This document shows, piece by piece, positions 1 through 9,408 of a stretch of 64,000 nucleotides of DNA. Both the position numbers and the translations under genes were made by a program. The notes beneath the pieces were generated by a model. It was given only the letters and a program-made list of their open reading frames with translations. It was not told the origin of the DNA and made no database searches. The stretch spans positions 72,527 through 136,526 of the forward strand of contig WJLW01000019.1 in the NCBI GenBank assembly GCA_014728295.1, written 5' to 3'. Positions within the stretch are counted from its first letter, which is position 1, and the number at the start of each line of letters is the position of its first letter. The stretch is from Chitinivibrionales bacterium (GTDB lineage: Bacteria > Fibrobacterota > Chitinivibrionia > Chitinivibrionales > WJKA01).

Positions 1-2143
1 TGATATTTTTTTGCGGCGGCAACACCCGTATCTGCGGTTTGAGCGTATCGGCGACGTTGCCGACCGAGGCGATAATCTCCAGCGTATGCAGGCCCGTATC
101 CTGTATCGTCGGCCTCCAGACGAGATGCGGATCAATGCTGTTATCCACCAAGATTGCATTGGTTCCCAGCACCCGCGCGTTGAAAAAGAACTCCCCGGAA
201 GAAACAATGCTCAGAAAAATATCAAGCGGCTCTTCTCCGAAAATAAGGGTATCGGGAAAATCCGACAGTGTTGTCAAGAATTTGACCGAATCAACCACGA
301 CCGGGGCCGGTTTGGCGACTGATACCGTATATGAATATTCGGCTGTTTGAAAACCGTCCGATGCAAAAAGGGTAATGTTTACCTTACCGGTGTCCGAAAG
401 CGTCGGCGTCCAGACAAGCTTTTTGGATGCATCGAGTGAAATGATTGTGTCACGCTGGGCACGCGTAATCTGGATTCGCGCCCATATCTGAACATCATCA
501 CCATCGTCATCACGGGCAGAGATATCGGCGGCATAGGCTTCTCCGGCGATAAGATAGGCGTCTTTGGGCGCCGTGGTAAATATCGGATATTGATTGTACA
601 TGACCTTGAAGGTCGTATCGGCGCGGTTATTGTCCATATCGAGCGCGACAACCGTGACAGCAAAGGCCGTATCGTGCGGGATGTCAAGCGTCGTTTGGTA
701 AACCGAAGGACCGGCTTCATTCACCGTGGTGCCGGCAATAGTCACGGTTGCAATGCCGACGCCGTTGTCAAGTATCGTCATTTCACAAAGCGAATTCTTA
801 CGGTTGGATATATGATTACTGCTTATCGGCTCCCCCTCGATGGTGATATTTTTTATGTTCGGCGGAATGGTATCTTCCACCTGGACATCCTTTATTACGG
901 TGATTGATTGAGAAGCGATAGTGTCGCTGGTCGAGCGCGAAGGAAGCGCATACAACTTTACCTTCGAAACATTTTCGGAAAGGGCTATTCGCAACTGGAA
1001 ATCCGAGATGTCGCGTGTTAAGACCACTGGTGAAGCGACGGGAACGTTATTGACCATGTAGAAGAGGTGCACCGAATCATAAATTTCAATATTGCGCATC
1101 GTTCCCAGCAGTGTCACAGCTTCGCCCTGAATTGTCGTTGTATCTTCGGCTGGTTCGGACAACACGATTTTGGGGGAATCGACAACAATCGTACCGGCAT
1201 CATAGTGCAGCCAGAAGGTATCGGTTGCGGCGTTCAACTGGTTATCGCTCGCGTTTACCACAATGGTCAGGGAGTCATCGCCGCCCAGTGTATCGAGGCC
1301 TCTGAATTCGGCAGTGCATCTGAATGTATCTGCGGCTGCGGTATCGCATACAAAAGGAGCTCCGTTCAACGAAACGCTCTTGATGTCGCTTTCACGATCG
1401 TACACCGCCGCCCGGAAGTAAAAACTCGAATTACCACTATATATATTCTTGCCAACCAGTGATGCATTCTCACATAAAATTATCGGCGCTTCGTAATCCT
1501 TGAGCGTAATGACAAATGCATGCCCCGGCGAACGAGCTGCGCCACTCTTGACATAGAGTTCTCCTGTCGCAGCAGTAAACGCCCCGTCGAACGAGATTTG
1601 CGTTGCCGGCGTATCCGTCACAATACGTGTCAGGCTTGATATGTCCCAGATGTAAAGCACATCATCGTCAACCGGAGGGGTCTGCAAAGTGATGGGCTCA
1701 CCTATTTTGCCGGCGATATTAGTCTGGTTGAGCGGGGACATGCCGTACAGGTCGGAAGACTTTGAAATCGTTTGGCCATTGCCAAGATAGCCCACCAGAG
1801 TTATGGCATGCATTCCGGTATCTTTGTATGATACTTCATAGAGCGCTACCTTGAGCGTCGCGAATTTATCGCTGGTAATCAGCGAGTCGGCATGTGACCA
1901 GAGTCGGTTGCCGGGCGCCGAAAGCTTGAGTGAATCGACATTATCGAGCAATATGCCGTCCAGGCTTATCGTAAAGGTCGAAAATATTTTGACCGTATCG
2001 CTGCCGCCGTTGGCGATTGAAATTGACACATCAGAATTGTCGGGATTACGGTAGGGATTTCTTTGTTCCTCAAGCACGCCACAGGACAGAGTCAGAATCA
2101 GTGCACCGGCAACGGCGACTGATCCATAAATTGTGGTTCTCAT
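1..2143 (-). CDS. Large lipoprotein with repeated Ig/cadherin-like modules; 3' end runs off the window; not in the ORF track
   Basis: Manual translation: AAGGAG RBS, then ATG at 2143 giving MRTTIYGSVAVAGALILTLSC (lipobox). The same frame near base 1 reads LVWTPTLSDTGKVNITLFASDG and LVWRPTIQDTGLHTLEI, typical of Ig-like beta-sandwich repeats. Both ends were translated; the middle was not checked codon by codon. Confidence 0.85.
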   Translation of the reverse strand, partial: MRTTIYGSVAVAGALILTLSCGVLEEQRNPYRNPDNSDVSISIANGGSDTVKIFSTFTISLDGILLDNVDSLKLSAPGNRLWSHADSLITSDKFATLKVALYEVSYKDTGMHAITLVGYLGNGQTISKSSDLYGMSPLNQTNIAGKIGEPITLQTPPVDDDVLYIWDISSLTRIVTDTPATQISFDGAFTAATGELYVKSGAARSPGHAFVITLKDYEAPIILCENASLVGKNIYSGNSSFYFRAAVYDRESDIKSVSLNGAPFVCDTAAADTFRCTAEFRGLDTLGGDDSLTIVVNASDNQLNAATDTFWLHYDAGTIVVDSPKIVLSEPAEDTTTIQGEAVTLLGTMRNIEIYDSVHLFYMVNNVPVASPVVLTRDISDFQLRIALSENVSKVKLYALPSRSTSDTIASQSITVIKDVQVEDTIPPNIKNITIEGEPISSNHISNRKNSLCEMTILDNGVGIATVTIAGTTVNEAGPSVYQTTLDIPHDTAFAVTVVALDMDNNRADTTFKVMYNQYPIFTTAPKDAYLIAGEAYAADISARDDDGDDVQIWARIQITRAQRDTIISLDASKKLVWTPTLSDTGKVNITLFASDGFQTAEYSYTVSVAKPAPVVVDSVKFLTTLSDFPDTLIFGEEPLDIFLSIVSSGEFFFNARVLGTNAILVDNSIDPHLVWRPTIQDTGLHTLEIIASVGNVADTLKPQIRVLPPQKNI

Positions 2144-2294
2144 GTTCGGAGCTCCTTGTATCAAGACCAAAATACGTTGCATCAAGCATCATGCCAATCG
2201 AATCAGCCTTCTTGATCCGAAAAAAGGCCTTTCACCGCACATGTTGTCCGCTTGAATAGAATTTGCGTCTCAATTCTGGGATGCCAAAACGCGC

Positions 2295-3176
2295 TCACCA
2301 CATAAACGAGAAACCAAAACCAATTGCACCAATCAGCGCCGCACCACTTCCCGCAAATGTAGCCAGCAGGTCTTCTTTCTTTTGCTTCCGGGCATCTTCC
2401 CACTTATCATCGATATCGGGATCGTTCTGGTTACCTGGATCGTCGGGATCGTTCAGTTTGTCAAAACGTGCCTGCGATTTCTGGTAGCTGAGCGCTTTCC
2501 AAGCTGTAAACGCACCACCCCCGATAAGCAAAGTAGCGCCGGAAATGCGAAATGCCATACGTGTGGCTAGTTTGCGTGAAATCGATTGTGAGACTTCATC
2601 CGGCAATTCGACATTTGAGGGTGCTGCCAATGAGAAGGGCTCGTTGTCGCCGGTATCTTCACGTTGACCATTGATGACAAGATTTGACTTGCCGTTTCTG
2701 AAAAAGCGACACTCCTTAATTCTGATAAATTGCGCCAAAGAGTTAATCCCGAAAAGTGAATAATAGATGCAACAGTGCTCGAATGTGGTCCCCAGGGCAT
2801 TTTCGTTGATGGTTATGCCATTCCAGTCATAGGGTGCGGGTTTCACCTGCGACAGGCTGCCGCGGGCGGAATCATTTTCGGAAGTAAAATAAATCGGCGT
2901 CTTTGGGGTACCCCGTGCCTGTAAGGTGCCATGCACCTGCATCCCGGTAAAATTTTTGAAAAGAAGCACAACCCCCGGCTCAATGATAATTGTTTTTCCA
3001 AACGGCACCACGATATCTGCGGTCACCAGGTATGGCTTGCCGTTGTCCTCAACAAGGTCGGGAAGATTTCCGGCCAGCGTGTCATATGGCCCGGCTGCGG
3101 TTGCCGATGCACATAGCGACAGGTACACCATGACCACTGATTGATATAAGCGCATCATACTGCCCCTACTCGCCAT
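2295..3176 (-). CDS. Secreted/membrane protein with a parallel beta-helix-like N-domain and two C-terminal hydrophobic segments
   Basis: Signal-like N-terminus; YLVTADIVVP..TIIIEPGV..F....MQVHGTLQARGT...PIYFTS...PAPYDWNGI pattern; Gly-rich hydrophobic helices at the C-terminus; 3 bp from the kinase stop. Confidence 0.7.
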   Translation of the reverse strand: MASRGSMMRLYQSVVMVYLSLCASATAAGPYDTLAGNLPDLVEDNGKPYLVTADIVVPFGKTIIIEPGVVLLFKNFTGMQVHGTLQARGTPKTPIYFTSENDSARGSLSQVKPAPYDWNGITINENALGTTFEHCCIYYSLFGINSLAQFIRIKECRFFRNGKSNLVINGQREDTGDNEPFSLAAPSNVELPDEVSQSISRKLATRMAFRISGATLLIGGGAFTAWKALSYQKSQARFDKLNDPDDPGNQNDPDIDDKWEDARKQKKEDLLATFAGSGAALIGAIGFGFSFMW

Positions 3177-3179
3177 GTA

Positions 3180-5123
3180 CTACTCCATCAATTTGCGGAT
3201 CTGCTCGTTGGCGGCGGCAAAATGAGCATGACCCTGATTGTTGCGATAGGTGTATTTGACGTTATACCAGGCATCCAGAGCCTTCTGCTTAGCTGCTTTT
3301 TCGGGATTGCGGGTATACAGGCCGGTCAGGCACAAAGCAGAATAATATTCCGCGCTCTGCGACAGCGCTGCTTTATTGCCGAAAAGCGACGGAGCGGTGG
3401 CACATTTGCCGAATTGCGTCAGTGCTGAATTGTATTTGCCCTGCCCATAGAGATACATTCCTTTTGCGTGATAATACGAAACATCGTGAATGATATGTTG
3501 TGAAAAAAAACCACCCAATTGAGTGCTTTTGCCCAGTGACTTGAGCGCCTGCATTTTGTACAGCAGGTGCCGCGGCCGGTTCGATTCGGCGGGAACCATC
3601 TCACTATGGATGCGCACAACGTTTGGATAATGCCTGTTGTTTGCCGCACGCATTATTGCTTCGGACAAGGTCCCCACTCCGTATTGCTGTTTGACCGAAT
3701 CACTCAACGTCATTTGCGGCGCAACCCGCCCGGATACCGACGCAGGCGTGTCGGCTATTTCGAGAGGCCTGGTGGTGCGCGATTCCGACTTTTTTGGCGG
3801 GCGGAAGCTCTGAACAGGAGGTTTTTTGCGCACCGGCTTCCCCCGACGCGGTTGAGGCGGCTGCCGCGAGGTTTTGACAGTTTCGTGCTTTGCCGGTTTC
3901 TGGGCCTCAGGCAAAGATTCTGCAGCATTTTCCCGAAAAGCTGTATCCGCCGCCTGCGAAGCCGTTTGCTGTGGCTCGGATTGCCGTGAAATTTCCACCG
4001 GTGCGCCGGAAAGGCGCGCAGGCGTCTTTGTGCGTATTTCAAGCGAATTGGTAATCAGCCAGGTTGCACCCGCTATCAGGCCGGCCCCGGCGATCACCAC
4101 AAACGCAACTTTCCAGGGGAATCGCCTGCGGTAATCGACGATGCGCTTGAATTCGTCATTTTGTATGAAAAATTCAACCGTCTCTTCCGGATTGAGCACC
4201 GTAATCTTGCCGTGTATTTTTTCGAGATCCTCCAACACTTCCGTTGCAAACTCATAGCGCTTATCCGCATCATAGGCCAGACACTTATTGACCAGGTTGA
4301 TTAGCTTGCCCGGGAGCTTGCGGCGAAAGTTCTTTAACGGTTCGAATTCATTCTTCATGCGGGCCGGTACCAGTTTGGTAACATTGACTTCCGGGAAAGC
4401 TCCGGCGCCGGTAAGCATTTCATATATCACGCAGCCGAATGAGTAGATATCCGAACGTGCATCCAGCTTTTTTCCGTCGAGTTGCTCAGGAGCCAGATAC
4501 TGCAGAGAACCCACAATAGTGCCCTGCAGGGTGTGCATTGATACGCTTGTCGGGGTGGCGATGCCAAAATCCATTATCTTGACGACGCCATTGCCGGGAA
4601 CCATTACATTGGCCGGCTTGAGATCGCGATGCAAAATGCCCTTGTAAGACTCCTCACCGAAAACATATGTGTGATTATGCGTAAATTTCAGCGCGCGCAA
4701 CAACATTATGCCGATGCCCGTGCACACTTCAAGCGGCAAAGCCCCGCGTTGTTCGACAATCTTCTCCAGGGATACTCCCTCAATCTTCTCCATCTCGATA
4801 AAGGGAAGATTATTCCACATCCCCACCGAATGAATTTCAATGATATGAGGATGACGCAGTTGCGCCGTGACTTTCATCTCGGTTTCGAAGCGGCTGATGG
4901 TTTCCCTGCTGTTATTCGGCTTAAGCAATTTTACGGCGCGATGAACCCCGAGTTTCTCAACCCAGATGTCATAGACAATTGCGGCGCCTCCCTCACCCAG
5001 AATCGAGGATATGACTCCAGACGCCAGCGCAACCGGCTGCGAGCCGTCGGGAAGCACTGTAAGCGATTGGGAATTTGTGTAATTCTCAGGGGTTATGGGA
5101 ACTATTTTTTCTGGCTCACCCAT
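3180..5123 (-). CDS. Hanks-type Ser/Thr protein kinase with TM helix, Pro/Lys-rich linker and TPR-like C-terminal region
   Basis: GEGG..IVY, AVKLL, HRDLKPAN, DFG, YLAPE and SDIYSFG motifs; TM segment VAFVVIAGAGLIAGATWLI; helical repeats at the C-terminus. Confidence 0.93.
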   Translation of the reverse strand: MGEPEKIVPITPENYTNSQSLTVLPDGSQPVALASGVISSILGEGGAAIVYDIWVEKLGVHRAVKLLKPNNSRETISRFETEMKVTAQLRHPHIIEIHSVGMWNNLPFIEMEKIEGVSLEKIVEQRGALPLEVCTGIGIMLLRALKFTHNHTYVFGEESYKGILHRDLKPANVMVPGNGVVKIMDFGIATPTSVSMHTLQGTIVGSLQYLAPEQLDGKKLDARSDIYSFGCVIYEMLTGAGAFPEVNVTKLVPARMKNEFEPLKNFRRKLPGKLINLVNKCLAYDADKRYEFATEVLEDLEKIHGKITVLNPEETVEFFIQNDEFKRIVDYRRRFPWKVAFVVIAGAGLIAGATWLITNSLEIRTKTPARLSGAPVEISRQSEPQQTASQAADTAFRENAAESLPEAQKPAKHETVKTSRQPPQPRRGKPVRKKPPVQSFRPPKKSESRTTRPLEIADTPASVSGRVAPQMTLSDSVKQQYGVGTLSEAIMRAANNRHYPNVVRIHSEMVPAESNRPRHLLYKMQALKSLGKSTQLGGFFSQHIIHDVSYYHAKGMYLYGQGKYNSALTQFGKCATAPSLFGNKAALSQSAEYYSALCLTGLYTRNPEKAAKQKALDAWYNVKYTYRNNQGHAHFAAANEQIRKLME

Positions 5124-5335
5124 GCTGCATTAAACTTTAATGAATTCAAGCATAGTTAACAAATTCAAAGCGTTACGTTTTCATTAAACGCCAGTGCAGG
5201 CATTTAGTGCGGCAGACGCGTCGATTGCACGATCTATGATAAATTAATTCAAATCATCACTTTATGCACAGAAAAAAAAATTGAGCGCTTAAATTACGTA
5301 AATCGGGATGCATGCACCCGGCACGTCATGAGTGA

Positions 5336-5610
5336 TCAAGGCCTGAGATAAAGTGTTTTTACCTCAAAAGGCGCGAATGAAATCTCTACTTCTTCCCCTT
5401 CCCGCCAGTCGAAAAGGGTTTCGCAGCGCAACAGCTTACTGCCACGGCGTAGCGAAAGCACCTGATTAATGATCGAATTGCCTACCGCATAGGTCAAATT
5501 CATTTCCGCGCAGAGAGAATTCGCAAGGATAACGTTTTTTCAATTAATTGGGCCTGTTGCGGAGTTGTGCTGCGAAAATAATCGAACACATTTCAGGCCT
5601 TTACTGCTTT
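5336..5610 (-). pseudogene. Internally deleted remnant of a GH38 alpha-mannosidase-like gene
   Basis: ORF 5503-5336 reads MNLTYAVGNSIINQVLSLRRGSKLLRCETLFDWRE-GEEVEISFAPFEVKTLYLRP, joining the GH38C S.I.Q...L..GS....TxxDWxE motif directly to the terminal PFE(I/V)KTL motif. Upstream, across a frameshift, A*NVFDYFR resembles the AWDI..Y motif. Confidence 0.6.
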
Positions 5611-5696
5611 TGGATCCGGATTGTTCCAGCTTAAGGAAAATGCGTCCGGTGGTGCAGCAAGTCAAAACTGGATCGTACCTGAAATCAACGCATCCG

Positions 5697-5722
5697 GTTT
5701 TCCGGACGGTAATCCGGAAAAC
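5697..5722 (-). terminator. Stem-loop just downstream of cheY (possible terminator or mRNA-stabilising hairpin)
   Basis: Perfect 10-bp inverted repeat GTTTTCCGGA/TCCGGAAAAC with a 6-nt loop; no clear U-tract. Confidence 0.4.
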
Positions 5723-5725
5723 GCG

Positions 5726-6082
5726 TCAGAGGCCGAGTTTTTCTTTGAACACTTCGGGAGTGAAGGGCTTGACGATATACCCATTAGCTCCGGCGCCGAC
5801 GGCTTCGATAACCTTGGATTTTTCGGACTCGGAAGTGACCATAATAATTTTAACATCCTTGTAAGCAGGATTCTGGCGCACATTCCTGAGCATGGCCATG
5901 CCGTCCATAATCGGCATATTAATATCGAGCAAAACTATGTCCACGGGCATGTTCTCGGCCAGTTTCTCCATTCCTTCCTGACCGTTTGCGGCATCGATGA
6001 TATCGGTGATACCGATGCCGCCCAACTGGTTCCGCTGTATTTTATGCATGGTGTTCGAATCATCAACCAGCAAAACACGCAT
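5726..6082 (-). CDS. cheY: CheY-like single-domain response regulator
   Basis: VLLVDD, LLDINMP..DG, IMVTSE and YIVKPF motifs; next to cheX. Confidence 0.9.
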   Translation of the reverse strand: MRVLLVDDSNTMHKIQRNQLGGIGITDIIDAANGQEGMEKLAENMPVDIVLLDINMPIMDGMAMLRNVRQNPAYKDVKIIMVTSESEKSKVIEAVGAGANGYIVKPFTPEVFKEKLGL

Positions 6083-6094
6083 TGTGCTACCTCC

Positions 6095-6553
6095 CTATTT
6101 CGTCTTGAGCGCCACTTCCATGGCAAAATCCCCGATCGGAGAGCTGAGCGGAACAATAATGGTAGGAATTCCGCTTTGCACCTCGATGCGATGATCGGCG
6201 CCGACGACTACATTCGGAAGTGAAATTGACAAATTATATTCGGTTAAATATTGTTTTGCATTGCCGGCAATAATATTGGCAATTTCGCCAATGCCGTCAA
6301 TCAATTCGGCACCGACTTCTTTAACTTCCGCGCCGATAAGCGTGGAGACGACCTTGAACGCAATATCGCGTGGAAAACTGACCGAAATCAGTCCTTGCGC
6401 TTCCCCGGACAGACCTATTACGCCCGATACGTCGAAGGCATGTTTGGCGTCCTTTTTCAGAGTGGGGGCGCCGATGGCCAGCTCGACGTTGAGCATTGTT
6501 TTAAACGTATCGTCGGTTGCTTTGAGAAAAGGATTAACAAATGAAACGTCCAT
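6095..6553 (-). CDS. cheX: Chemotaxis phosphatase CheX
   Basis: VNPF, DVSGVIGLSG, GEIANIIAGNAK and ISLP.VV.G signature motifs. Confidence 0.92.
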   Translation of the reverse strand: MDVSFVNPFLKATDDTFKTMLNVELAIGAPTLKKDAKHAFDVSGVIGLSGEAQGLISVSFPRDIAFKVVSTLIGAEVKEVGAELIDGIGEIANIIAGNAKQYLTEYNLSISLPNVVVGADHRIEVQSGIPTIIVPLSSPIGDFAMEVALKTK

Positions 6554-6711
6554 TGTTCACATTCTCCCGGATCTGATTGTAAATGATTCAAGGTGCATTC
6601 GTGACAGCAGGTCGACCTGGTTGATGCACGAATTGAGCTAAAGCTCGTATCATGCATCCATTATATCCCAATACCAACTACAAATCAATACATTTGTGAA
6701 ATAGCAGGCGC

Positions 6712-7050
6712 TTATGATTTTGCAATTGATTTGGTAATGCAGGCTGTTTCGCCAACGGTAAACAATGTATCAAAACAACAGGTTCTTATCAGCGATCTGA
6801 CCACATTGCTCGGGGAAAGGATGATCAATTCTTTGCCGTGTTTGGAAATGACTTTATGCAGATATATTAAGCCGCCGAGCCCCTGGCTGTTAATATACGT
6901 TGCCTTGCTGAGCTCAATGCATATCCTCCGGTAGGAGCTGTTTTTCAAGCTCTCGACCGCGCGCTGCAATTCTACAATATTAGCTCCGGCGATTTCACCT
7001 TCAACATAGATGATTTCGGTATCACCAAAATCTGCGGCATTAATGTTCAT
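6712..7050 (-). CDS. STAS-domain anti-sigma factor antagonist
   Basis: 112 aa; GEI, IELSKATYINSQGLGGL with the conserved Ser. Confidence 0.85.
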   Translation of the reverse strand: MNINAADFGDTEIIYVEGEIAGANIVELQRAVESLKNSSYRRICIELSKATYINSQGLGGLIYLHKVISKHGKELIILSPSNVVRSLIRTCCFDTLFTVGETACITKSIAKS

Positions 7051-7175
7051 TCGGGCTCTTTTAGGGATTCAGCGTTAAGGCAAAAATGCAGCGCGTACAC
7101 GCATTTTTGTTACGATGATCTTTGTAATTGTATCTCCGAATTTGCATTTAGTCAATACCTGCAAAGAAGATACTG

Positions 7176-9371
7176 TCAGCTTTGCTTTTCAACAAGATGT
7201 GCAATGATTTTCACTATCTCACTTGCTTTGAATGGCTTGGAAATAAATTCATTCATCCCTGCCACGATACATTTTTCCCTCTCCTCCCGACTCTTCGCAG
7301 CAGTAACGGCAATGATCGGCACTGCCGTGCCTTTTTCCGATTGCCTGATGAGTTGCGTCGCTTCATAGCCGTCCATAACCGGCATGCGACAGTCCATAAA
7401 TAAGATGTCATATTGTTTTTCTGCAGCGGCATCCACAGCCTCGCGACCATTGTGGGCAACATCACAGCGTATCCCCTGCTTTTCGAGCACCAGCGTCAGT
7501 ATCTTGCGATTTACGATATTATCATCCACTATCAATGCATATAGTCGATTGTTGCACAACTCCTCGGCCAGATGCTTGGTTATCAGACTTTTCTCAGAGG
7601 TGGGCTGTGGATTTTTCAATAAACCCTTGAGCAGCGCCAGTGCATTATATAAATGAGATTGCTTGATTGGCTTGGTTAGATAGCCACGATAACCGTGGTT
7701 CTGCAAAAACTGCGCATCACCCCGGCGCGCTTTGGCGGTCAAACACACCAGAGGAATATTTATGAGCTTTTGATACGTGTGAATTTCCTGCGCAGTAGCT
7801 ACATAGCGTTCCAGATCCCCCCCTTTATAATCGACAATGGTAACATCATAGCTTGCACCGCTGTCTGCCGAGGTGTGCAATACTTCGATAGCCTGCTCAA
7901 GCGTTTCGGCCTCAAAGCAGTTTCCTCCCCAGTGGGTTGTATAAAGGGACAGCACTTTGCGACTCGTTGGATTATCGCTTAAAACGAGTATGCGTGCACC
8001 ATACAGATTTTTTTCGGGACTGATTTTGCGAGGTTCAATTTCATCCGCTCGATCCAAAAGTGCAGTGAACCGAAAGGTACTGCCGGATTCCGGCTCGCTT
8101 TCCACGTCGATTTCGCCACCCATGAGTTCCACCAGCTTTTTTGAAATTGCCAAGCCCAGCCCGGTTCCACCGAATTGACGCGAAATCAATTCATCAGCCT
8201 GCTCAAAGGATTGGAATATTTTTGCCTTCACTTGGGGGGCAATACCTATTCCGGTATCACTGACCTCGAAAAGGAGCTTGATCTGTTTATCACCTGCAGC
8301 AGTACCGTGAGGATCGAGGCTGACCTGAATAAACACTTCCCCTTTTTCGGTGAACTTAATGGCATTGCCGGTCAAATTGAGGAGTATTTGCCGTATCCGT
8401 TCCGGATCGCCAACCAGTATCTCCGGTACACCGGCGTGAAAAAGAGCCGCCAGCTCCAGGCCTTTTTCCTGCGCTCGAATCGACATCAATTCGGCCACAT
8501 CTTCAACCGCCGTTCGGATGTCAAAATCAATGTGAGAAATCGGGGTTTTATCGGCTTCAAGTTTTGGGTAGTCAAGCACATCATTTACCATGGCCGCAAG
8601 CGAATCGCCTGATTTCTTGATCGCATCGGTATAATTCTTCTGGTCTTCGTCAAGCTCAGTGTCCAGCAGCAGCTCCGTCATGCCCATGATACCGTTCAGC
8701 GGCGTGCGGATTTCGTGACTGACATTGGAAAGGAACATGCTTTTGGCCAGGGTATCCGCTTCCGCTCTGGCTTTGAGTTCGCTCAGGTGCTCGACCATTT
8801 TTTTGAGCTCATCGGTACGGTACTCGACCTCTTTCTCCAGCTCGATCTGATGCTCCCGATTCTTTTTGTCAAGATCCCACTTGGTTGTCAATGAAAGTGC
8901 AATTTGCTTGACGGCAATAGCGTCAAAGGGCTTTTTTATAAACATCAAGTGATCTGTCCGCCCGAACTTCTCCATTATCTGATCCCAGGAATAGTCGGAA
9001 TATGCAGTACAGATGACCATTTCGATATGCGCATGCTTTTGCCAGATTTGCTGGATGGTTTGTATGCCGTCGATACCGGGCGGCATTCGCACATCCATAA
9101 AGGCCAGCGCATACGGTCTGCCCTCCCGGACGGCTTCATCCACCATTGCTACAGCTTCTTCACCCTGATGGGCATCGTCGATGATGTACTTCACGGCATC
9201 ATCAGAAGCGTCAATTCCTTGGGGAATGCTCTTTTCCCCAAACAATTCTTCTTCCAGGAATCGCGTCTCGGTATCTTTGTCTTTCGCCGCCGGGCTGAGG
9301 ATATGCTTGAAATCTTCATGAATGGCGGCATTGTCGTCAACCAGAAGAATTCTTTTTTCAGATAGTGACAT
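7176..9371 (-). CDS. Cytoplasmic hybrid histidine kinase (REC-HisKA-HATPase-degenerate REC-REC)
   Basis: Start taken at MSLSEKRILLVDD (9371); FMDVRMPPG; SHEIRTPLNG; GDP.RIRQ..NL.GNAIKFT; DTGIG; GGTGLGLAI; C-terminal LFMDCRMP. Confidence 0.92.
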   Translation of the reverse strand: MSLSEKRILLVDDNAAIHEDFKHILSPAAKDKDTETRFLEEELFGEKSIPQGIDASDDAVKYIIDDAHQGEEAVAMVDEAVREGRPYALAFMDVRMPPGIDGIQTIQQIWQKHAHIEMVICTAYSDYSWDQIMEKFGRTDHLMFIKKPFDAIAVKQIALSLTTKWDLDKKNREHQIELEKEVEYRTDELKKMVEHLSELKARAEADTLAKSMFLSNVSHEIRTPLNGIMGMTELLLDTELDEDQKNYTDAIKKSGDSLAAMVNDVLDYPKLEADKTPISHIDFDIRTAVEDVAELMSIRAQEKGLELAALFHAGVPEILVGDPERIRQILLNLTGNAIKFTEKGEVFIQVSLDPHGTAAGDKQIKLLFEVSDTGIGIAPQVKAKIFQSFEQADELISRQFGGTGLGLAISKKLVELMGGEIDVESEPESGSTFRFTALLDRADEIEPRKISPEKNLYGARILVLSDNPTSRKVLSLYTTHWGGNCFEAETLEQAIEVLHTSADSGASYDVTIVDYKGGDLERYVATAQEIHTYQKLINIPLVCLTAKARRGDAQFLQNHGYRGYLTKPIKQSHLYNALALLKGLLKNPQPTSEKSLITKHLAEELCNNRLYALIVDDNIVNRKILTLVLEKQGIRCDVAHNGREAVDAAAEKQYDILFMDCRMPVMDGYEATQLIRQSEKGTAVPIIAVTAAKSREEREKCIVAGMNEFISKPFKASEIVKIIAHLVEKQS

Positions 9372-9408
9372 GTCGGTATCCACTCCCCGCTTTAAAAAGG
9401 GACAATCA

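Noticed and set aside
2178-2198. Sigma-54-like element TGGCATGATGCTTGA upstream of the lipoprotein gene
   Set aside because: The -12 dinucleotide is GA rather than GC, and no enhancer-binding protein is in the window
11-2259. Many short plus-strand ORFs in the track
   Set aside because: They are antisense shadows of the long minus-strand lipoprotein frame starting at 2143
5340-5520. Possible riboswitch or ncRNA in the kinase-cheY spacer
   Set aside because: No recognisable riboswitch consensus; the minus strand is better explained as a GH38 coding relic
6590-6640. Palindrome CAGGTCGACCTG flanked by a short inverted repeat upstream of cheX
   Set aside because: Single occurrence and short enough to arise by chance
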